Origin: Planctomycetota bacterium
GTDB taxonomy: Bacteria; Planctomycetota; UBA1135; UBA2386
Direction of reading: 5' to 3'
Assembly (NCBI GenBank): GCA_965223545.1
Contig: OZ245006.1
Location: 3,840,001 to 3,904,000 of the forward strand
Length of the DNA: 64,000 bases
The translations under genes were made by a program, and so were the position numbers. This document shows, piece by piece, positions 57,571 to 64,000 of the stretch (the stretch's first letter is position 1; every line of letters starts with the position of its first letter). The notes beneath the pieces were generated by a model. It was not told the DNA's origin. It searched no databases and was given only the letters and a program-made list of their open reading frames with translations.

Positions 57571-58221
57571 ATGAAGCGCGCCGAGAAGGCGGTCCGCATC
57601 CAGCGAATCCTGGACGACCTCGTGCCCGAGACCCCGGTGCCGCTGCGGCACCGCGATCCCTACACGCTCCTGGTCGCAGTCCTGCTGTCGGCCCAGTGCA
57701 CTGACGAACGCGTCAACCGGGTCACGCCGGAGCTGTTCGCACTGGCCGACCATCCTCGGGCGATGAGCCGGCTGTCGGCGGCGCAGATCGAGGCGGTCAT
57801 CCGACCGTGTGGGTTGGGCCCGGCGAAGTCGAAGAACATCCGCGCTCTGTCGGAGATGCTGGTGCGCGAGCACGGCGGCGCGGTGCCGCGCGATCTCAGT
57901 GCGCTCGAACGCCTGCCGGGCGTAGGGCACAAGACCGCGAGTGTGGTGATGACCCAGGCCTTCGGGCAGCCGGCGTTTCCCGTCGACACTCACATCCATC
58001 GGCTCGCCGCACGCTGGGGATTGTCGGTGGGCGCTTCGGTCGAACGCACCGAACGCGACCTCAAGAAGCTGTTCCCGGAGTCCACTTGGGGGCGGCTGCA
58101 CCTCCAGCTCATCTACTTCGGCCGGCGCTACTGCCCCGCGCGCGGACACGACCTCTCGCAGTGCCCGGTCTGTTCCTGGGCAGCCAGCAAGAAGCGCATC
58201 GCCGCCGAAGCCCGCGGCTGA
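57571..58221 (+). CDS. nth: Endonuclease III
   Basis: LLSAQCTD, HhH LPGVGHKTA, VDTH, C-terminal Cys cluster. Confidence 0.95.
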   Translation: MKRAEKAVRIQRILDDLVPETPVPLRHRDPYTLLVAVLLSAQCTDERVNRVTPELFALADHPRAMSRLSAAQIEAVIRPCGLGPAKSKNIRALSEMLVREHGGAVPRDLSALERLPGVGHKTASVVMTQAFGQPAFPVDTHIHRLAARWGLSVGASVERTERDLKKLFPESTWGRLHLQLIYFGRRYCPARGHDLSQCPVCSWAASKKRIAAEARG

Positions 58222-58274
58222 CCGCGCCTTGCTGTACAATGAGGAGCGCAAACCTGAAAGAGGAAGGACTCGGT

Positions 58275-59414
58275 ATGCGCACACTCGCACTCGCTTTGTT
58301 CGCCACGACCCCGATCTGCGCCCAGATCGGCGGCAACGGTAGCGACGGCCCGTTCACGCCCGCCGTCAACACGACGCTCGACACCGCGATCAACGGCGGT
58401 GTCTTTCAGTTCACGACGATCTCGATCCCGGCGGGAGTCACCGTCCGGGCGCTCGGTCCCAATCCGCTCATCCTGCGGGTGCAGGGCAAGGTCGACATCG
58501 ACGGGGTGCTGGACGCCAGCGGCTTCCACGCAAATCTGTCGTCGGGAGGCGCGGGGGGGCCCGGTGGCTTCGCGGGAGGAGATGGCGGCGTTCCCTGGGG
58601 CCAGCCGGGCGAGGGCCCCGGCGGCGGAGCCGGTGGCGCCGGGAGCTTTGGCGGATGCTTCGCCGGTGGAGGCGGTGGCCATGCGACTGCGGGCACCGGC
58701 GGTTCCAGCGGCGTCAGCCCCGGAGGCGGGGGGACCTATGGCTCGGCCTATCCGTTCGACCTGCGCGGCGGCAGCGGCGCCGGCGGTTGGGGGTGCGCGG
58801 TCTCGCTCGGGGGACCTGGCCCGGGCGGCGGTGGCGGAGGTGGGACGGTGGCCCTGCTGGCCGACGGCGACGGCTTCTACAACGGAGCGGCGGGCTCGAT
58901 TCTGGTGCGCGCGCTCGGGGCGGTGCGCATCGTCGGCACCATCGATGCGGAGGGCACGCCCGGATTCTTCGGCCTCACCATCGACGGCCGCGGCTTCGTT
59001 CGCATCGACGCGTACCGCGACGCGCCGGTGATCACCGGAACCATCGTCCCGCCACCGACCCAGCGCACCCTGCCCGAGCTCTCGGCACAGGGCCAGCCCA
59101 CGGTCGGCGCGCCCTGGGTCTTGACCTCGGCATCCGTGCCCGGCGACTCGATGGTGTTGGCCCTGTCCACGGCGCCGGCCAATATCGCGCTGCCGCCACT
59201 CGGCACCCTGTTGCTCTCGCCCACGGCCGGCCTCTTCGTCGCCGGCGTCGCCTCGGTCCCCGCCACGGGAGTCGATCCCTTGGCCCAGTTCTCGCTGCCG
59301 ATTCCGGCCAACCCGAGCCTCGCTGGGCTGCCCGTGCACGCACAGGCGATCAACACGCAGAGCGTCATCGCTCAACCGCGGCTGACGAACTCGATCGCCA
59401 GCTCGATCCTGTAA
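58275..59414 (+). CDS. Secreted Gly-rich protein, tandem copy 1, with the shared C-terminal module
   Basis: GGAAGGA RBS; signal peptide; GNGSDG, GGxGGPGG repeats. Confidence 0.85.
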   Translation: MRTLALALFATTPICAQIGGNGSDGPFTPAVNTTLDTAINGGVFQFTTISIPAGVTVRALGPNPLILRVQGKVDIDGVLDASGFHANLSSGGAGGPGGFAGGDGGVPWGQPGEGPGGGAGGAGSFGGCFAGGGGGHATAGTGGSSGVSPGGGGTYGSAYPFDLRGGSGAGGWGCAVSLGGPGPGGGGGGGTVALLADGDGFYNGAAGSILVRALGAVRIVGTIDAEGTPGFFGLTIDGRGFVRIDAYRDAPVITGTIVPPPTQRTLPELSAQGQPTVGAPWVLTSASVPGDSMVLALSTAPANIALPPLGTLLLSPTAGLFVAGVASVPATGVDPLAQFSLPIPANPSLAGLPVHAQAINTQSVIAQPRLTNSIASSIL

Positions 59415-59492
59415 TGCCGCCGCATCTCGCCGCTGACTGGGGTCGCCCTGTACAATGAAGTGCGCAAATCCGAACGAAAGGAAGGACTCGGT

Positions 59493-60656
59493 ATGCGCAC
59501 ACTCGCACTCGCGTTGCTCGCCACGACCCCAATCTGCGCGCAGATCGGCGGCAACGGTAGCGACGGCCCGTTCACGCCGGCCGTCAACACGACGCTCGAC
59601 ACTGCCATCAACGGCGGTGTCTTTCAGTTCACGACGATCTCGATCCCCGCAGGAGTGACCGTCCGGGCACTCGGTCCCAATCCGCTCATCCTAAGGGTGC
59701 AGGGCAAGGTCGATATCGACGGAGTCCTCAACGCGGAGGGCTTCGTCGCCAACGGAACGTCCGGCGGCGCCGGTGGGCCCGGTGGCTATGCAGGTGGAGA
59801 CGGCGGCTCGCCCTGGGGCCAGTCGGGCGAGGGTCCCGGCGGCGGAGCCGGCGGCGTCGGCAGCTTTGGCGGGTGCTTCGCCGGTGGAGGCGGTGGCCAC
59901 GCGACGCCCGGCACCGCCAGCATCAGCTCCGGAGGGGGCACCTATGGTTCGGCCTATCCGTTCGACCTGCGCGGCGGCAGCGGCGCCGGTGGCTGGGGGT
60001 GCGCGGTCTCGCTTGGCGGACCCGGCCCCGGCGGCGGCGGTGGCGGTGGGACGGTGGCCCTGCTGGCCGACGGCGACGTCGACATCCGCGGCACGGTGCT
60101 GGCGCGCGGCGCCGGCGACGGCATCTTCAACGGAGCGGCAGGTTCGATTCTGGTGCGCGCGCTCGGTGCGGTACGCATCCCTGGCACCATCGACGCAGAG
60201 GGCAGGGCGGGAATCATCGGCTTCGACGGCCGCGGCTTCGTGCGCATCGACGCCTACCGCGACGCACCGGTGATCACTGGCACCGTCCGCCCGCCACCGA
60301 CCCTGCGCACGCTGCCCGAGCTCTCGGCGCAGCGCCGACCCACGGTCGGCGCGCCCTGGGTCTTGACCTCGGCATCCGTGCCCGGCGACACGATGGTGTT
60401 GGCCTTGTCCACGGCGCCGGCCAACATCGCGCTGCCGCCACTCGGCACGCTGTTGCTGTCGCCCACGGCAGGCCTCTTCGTCGCCGGGGTTGCCATGGTC
60501 CCCGCCACGGGAGTCGACCCACTGGTGCAGTTCTCGCTGCCGGTTCCGGCCAACCCGAGCCTCGTTGGCCTGCCCGTGCACGCACAGGCGGTCAACGCGC
60601 AGAGCGTCATCGCTCAACCGCGGCTGACGAACTCGATCGCCAGCTCGATCCTGTAA
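59493..60656 (+). CDS. Secreted Gly-rich protein, tandem copy 2
   Basis: Near-identical to copy 1, including the upstream region. Confidence 0.85.
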   Translation: MRTLALALLATTPICAQIGGNGSDGPFTPAVNTTLDTAINGGVFQFTTISIPAGVTVRALGPNPLILRVQGKVDIDGVLNAEGFVANGTSGGAGGPGGYAGGDGGSPWGQSGEGPGGGAGGVGSFGGCFAGGGGGHATPGTASISSGGGTYGSAYPFDLRGGSGAGGWGCAVSLGGPGPGGGGGGGTVALLADGDVDIRGTVLARGAGDGIFNGAAGSILVRALGAVRIPGTIDAEGRAGIIGFDGRGFVRIDAYRDAPVITGTVRPPPTLRTLPELSAQRRPTVGAPWVLTSASVPGDTMVLALSTAPANIALPPLGTLLLSPTAGLFVAGVAMVPATGVDPLVQFSLPVPANPSLVGLPVHAQAVNAQSVIAQPRLTNSIASSIL

Positions 60657-60686
60657 CCCGCGCCGCGACCGGTCGCGCGCGGGAGG

Positions 60687-60941
60687 TCAGAGCTGCTCGA
60701 GCCGGCGCTCGACCGAGCCCGGCTGGGTCGCCCAGAACTCGAGATAACCACAACCCGAGCAGCGCTTGGTCTCGGCGACGAACCCTTCCAAGCGCGGATG
60801 CACGGCCGCGCGCGCCGCGCGCACGCGGTCGGTCTCGAGCCAGACGAGCGGCAGATGGCGTCCATCGCCGTAGGACTCGACGACGGCGCCGGCTTCCATC
60901 GAAGCGCCGCACTTGGGGCAGGACGGGACACTCATGCTCAT
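60687..60941 (-). CDS. Small zinc-ribbon protein
   Basis: CPKC...MEAG...RCSGCGYLEF. Confidence 0.7.
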   Translation of the reverse strand: MSMSVPSCPKCGASMEAGAVVESYGDGRHLPLVWLETDRVRAARAAVHPRLEGFVAETKRCSGCGYLEFWATQPGSVERRLEQL

Positions 60942-61115
60942 CGGGGGTTCCTCGATCCGAAAAAACGGAGGGCGGCGGCAGCGTAGCACGCCCGGCGAGC
61001 GTCGCAACGCGGCGTCCATCAGGGAGCATCCGGTCTGGAACGGTCGACGCCCCGAGCCGACAATGCGTTCCGGCGCCGGCGGTCAGGCCGGATGCGCCGA
61101 GCTGAGAATCGACCG

Positions 61116-62261
61116 GTGCGCTTTCTGCACACAGCCGACTGGCACCTAGGGAGGGTGCTGCACGGGGCCTCGTTGCTCGAGGACCAGGCCCACGTCTTGC
61201 AACAGATCGTGGGGGTGGCGCGCGAGAACCGCGTCGACGCGGTGTTGATCGCCGGCGACATCTACGACCGCGCGGTGCCCCCCCCCGAGGCCGTGGAGCT
61301 GCTCGACGACATCCTCGGCGAGCTCGTGCTCGGCGTCCGGGTACCCGTCGTGATGATCGCCGGCAACCACGACAGCCCGGGGCGACTCGGTTTCGCCGCG
61401 CGCCTGCTGCGCGAGCAGCGACTCGTCGTCGAGACCGCGCCGCGCGCGCAGCCCCAGCCGGTCGTGCTCGGCGACCGTGCCGGGCGCGTCGTCGTCGTAC
61501 CCATCCCATATGCCGATCCGGCCATGGTGCGCGAGCGCGTGCCCGGCGCCGACGCCACCGACCACGACCAGGTGCTGCGCACACTCATCCGCCACAGCCG
61601 GGCACAGCTGCGCCCCGACGACCGCGCGGTCTTGGTGGCGCACGCCTTCGTCGCCGGCGGCACGCCCTCGAGCTCCGAGCGGCAGCTCGCGGTGGGCGGC
61701 AGCGGCCAAGTCGGCGTCCGGCGCTTCGCAGGATTCGACTACGTCGCCCTCGGCCACCTGCACCGCCCGCAGCAGGTGGGCAGCGTGCGCGTGCAGTACT
61801 CTGGCGCACCGCTGCGCTATTCCTTCGACGAGGCCGATGGCGAGCGATCCGTCCAGGTCGTCGAGCTCGGCGCGGACCGGGCAGTGCACGTCGAGCGCAT
61901 CCCGCTCCGGCCGCTGCGCGGCGTGCGCCGGCTGCAAGGCACGCTGGACGAGCTGCTGCGTCGCGCCGGCGACGATCCGGACCGCGACGCCTACACGATG
62001 GTCACGCTCGACGACCGCGCCCCGACGTTCGACGCGATCGGCAAGTTGCGCTCCCATTACCCCAACCTCCTGCACTTGGAGCGGCCGTTCTTGGCCGCCG
62101 TGCCGCGCCCCGGCACGGCCCGCGAGCAGCGCAGGCTGCGCCCGGAGGTGCTGTTCTCGCGTTTCTTCGAACAAGCGACGGGCACGGCTCTCGACGGGGA
62201 TCAACGCGGTGCGTTCGAACGAGTGATCCAGGCAATGCACGAACGCGAGGTCGAGCGGTGA
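61116..62261 (+). CDS. sbcD: Exonuclease SbcD (Mre11 family)
   Basis: LHTADWHLG, AGDIYD, GNHD, ALGHLH, YSGAPLRYSFDE. Confidence 0.95.
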   Translation: MRFLHTADWHLGRVLHGASLLEDQAHVLQQIVGVARENRVDAVLIAGDIYDRAVPPPEAVELLDDILGELVLGVRVPVVMIAGNHDSPGRLGFAARLLREQRLVVETAPRAQPQPVVLGDRAGRVVVVPIPYADPAMVRERVPGADATDHDQVLRTLIRHSRAQLRPDDRAVLVAHAFVAGGTPSSSERQLAVGGSGQVGVRRFAGFDYVALGHLHRPQQVGSVRVQYSGAPLRYSFDEADGERSVQVVELGADRAVHVERIPLRPLRGVRRLQGTLDELLRRAGDDPDRDAYTMVTLDDRAPTFDAIGKLRSHYPNLLHLERPFLAAVPRPGTAREQRRLRPEVLFSRFFEQATGTALDGDQRGAFERVIQAMHEREVER

Positions 62262-64000
62262 GACCACTCGTGCTGCGCGTGCAGGGATTCGGCCCCTATG
62301 CCGAGGCACAGGAGATCGACTTCCAGTGCCTGGCGGACGAACCGCTGTTCTTGATCTCGGGGCCGACCGGTGCCGGCAAGACCGCGCTGCTCGACGCCAT
62401 GTGCTACGCGCTCTACGGCGAGACGTCGGGCGGCGAACGTGACCCGCGGCGACTGCGCAGCCACCACGCACCGCCGACGCTGCCGACCGAAGTGACGTTC
62501 GAGTTCGCCGTCGGCGCGCGCCGCTACGCGGTCTGGCGGCGGCCCGAGCAACCCCGGCCGAAGAAGCGCGGCAGCGGCCTGACTCTCGATGCCGGCGACG
62601 CCGCGCTCTGGCGGCGCGACGGCAGCGGCGCCAGCGGCGAGGGCAAGTTGCTCGCGACCCAACCGCGCAACGTCAACCGCGCGGTGGTCGCCGAGGTCGG
62701 CTTCGAGTGCGCCCAGTTCTGCCAAGTCGTGGTGCTGCCACAGGGACAGTTTCGCCGCCTGCTGACGGCCAGCTCGCGCGAGCGCGAGCGCATCCTCGAA
62801 GCACTGTTCCAGACCGAGCTCTATCGCCGCATCCAAGACGAGCTCAAGACCACGGCGCGCGAACTCCGGGCGCGCCTCGAACAGGTCCGCGAGCGCCAAT
62901 CGATCATCCTCCGACAAGCCGGCGCCGACGACGGTGTCCGGCTGGCGGCGGCACAGCGCGAAATGCAGCAGCGCATCGACCGCATCCGTGCTCTTCGCAG
63001 CCGCTGCCGGCAGCGCGCGGACTCCCTGCAGCAACGCGCCGGCGCCGCGCGGGACGCCGCCCGCCGGCTGGCCGAAGCGCGGCGGGCCCGCGCCGAGCAC
63101 ACCGCGCTCTCCGCGCAGCGGGAGGCTATCGAGGTCGAGCGGGGCGCGTTGCACCGCGCCGACCGCGCGGCCGGCCTCGCCGATCTCATGGCCGGGGTCG
63201 AACAGCGCGAAGCGGAGCGCCGCGACGTGACGCGACGCGCCGACCAGTGCGGCGGCGAGTGCGAGGCCGCCGCGCGCGCGCTGCGCCACTGCGAACAACG
63301 CCTGCAGGCCGAGCTGCTGCGCGACGGCGAGCGCGCCGAGGCGCGGCAACGCACCTCGCAGCTGCAGCAGTGGGTCGACCGCGCCGCTGCGCTGCGGCGA
63401 GCCCGCGACGACCTTGCGCTGCGCGAGCAGGAAGCCGCACGCACCGCCGCCGCGACCACGGCGGCGGAGACCGCCGCGGACCGGGCACGGCGAACCCGGC
63501 AGGACCGGGCCGCGAGCCGCGAGGCCCTGCGTGCCACCGCCGCGCGGCGCGATGCGCTGGTCTTGCGGCAGCGCGCGCTCGAGCAGACCCTCGAGCGCTG
63601 TGCGCGGCGCGACCAACGCCAGCAACAGCTCGCCGACGAGAACGCGGCCGTCGCGCAGCGGCGCGCCGAGGCCGCGACGGCCAGCGCGACCCTGCGCGCC
63701 GCGCGCCACGCAGAGGCGGCGGCGCACCGCTCGGCATTGCAGGCCCAGGCCGAGGTCCTCGCCGGCGAGCTCGTCGGCGGCGAGCCCTGCCCGGTGTGCG
63801 GAGCGACCGACCACCCGGCTCCGGCGCACAGCACCCCCAACACCGGCACCGCGAACACCGACGCCGGCGACGCGCTCGAGCGGGCGCGCGCTGCCGTCAT
63901 CGCGGCGCAGCGCGGGCGCGACGAGCGGCGGCGCGCCCTGGCGGAAGCCGAGCAACACGCCGCCGCCCACCGCGCGGCCCTGGCCGAGCTCGACGGCGCA
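62258..64000 (+). CDS. sbcC: SbcC SMC-family ATPase, runs off the window end
   Basis: Not in the ORF track. From GTG 62258: RPLVLRVQGFGPYA...GPTGAGKT...LPQGQF...zinc hook CPVCG. Confidence 0.93.
   Translation, partial: MRPLVLRVQGFGPYAEAQEIDFQCLADEPLFLISGPTGAGKTALLDAMCYALYGETSGGERDPRRLRSHHAPPTLPTEVTFEFAVGARRYAVWRRPEQPRPKKRGSGLTLDAGDAALWRRDGSGASGEGKLLATQPRNVNRAVVAEVGFECAQFCQVVVLPQGQFRRLLTASSRERERILEALFQTELYRRIQDELKTTARELRARLEQVRERQSIILRQAGADDGVRLAAAQREMQQRIDRIRALRSRCRQRADSLQQRAGAARDAARRLAEARRARAEHTALSAQREAIEVERGALHRADRAAGLADLMAGVEQREAERRDVTRRADQCGGECEAAARALRHCEQRLQAELLRDGERAEARQRTSQLQQWVDRAAALRRARDDLALREQEAARTAAATTAAETAADRARRTRQDRAASREALRATAARRDALVLRQRALEQTLERCARRDQRQQQLADENAAVAQRRAEAATASATLRAARHAEAAAHRSALQAQAEVLAGELVGGEPCPVCGATDHPAPAHSTPNTGTANTDAGDALERARAAVIAAQRGRDERRRALAEAEQHAAAHRAALAELDGA

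Noticed and set aside
58232..60657. Diversity-generating retroelement template/variable repeat pair
   Set aside because: Differences are not adenine-specific, the whole gene is duplicated, and there is no reverse transcriptase in the window.
62201..63970. Long minus-strand ORFs at the window end
   Set aside because: Antisense shadows of sbcC, which is missing from the track only because it has no stop in the window.

Overview
GC-rich bacterial DNA, most consistent with an uncultured Planctomycetota lineage (inferred from a Planctomycete-type cytochrome c domain, an ECF sigma fused to a TM/periplasmic extension, a sulfatase-like lipoprotein and many secreted FG-GAP and Gly-rich proteins). Housekeeping genes include prfB (with its +1 frameshift), purH, yggS, etfBA, nth, sbcDC, an aminopeptidase P, an M1 peptidase and a Ca/Na antiporter. 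Two things stand out. (1) Eight secreted proteins or fragments with different passenger domains end in a similar ~100-130 aa C-terminal module, a candidate lineage-specific export or anchoring signal. (2) A ~10.3 kb accessory island (37.2-47.6 kb) is bracketed by a ~120 bp imperfect direct repeat. It carries a probable IS1634 scar, a DUF4062 protein, a secreted 13-aa-repeat peptide, an ACT protein plus a divergent PLP enzyme, an HTH-multipass membrane protein, a degenerate ECF-like sigma and a TPR gene with a sigma54-type promoter, followed by a cluster of decayed gene fragments. All family assignments come from motifs recognised by eye; no searches were run.
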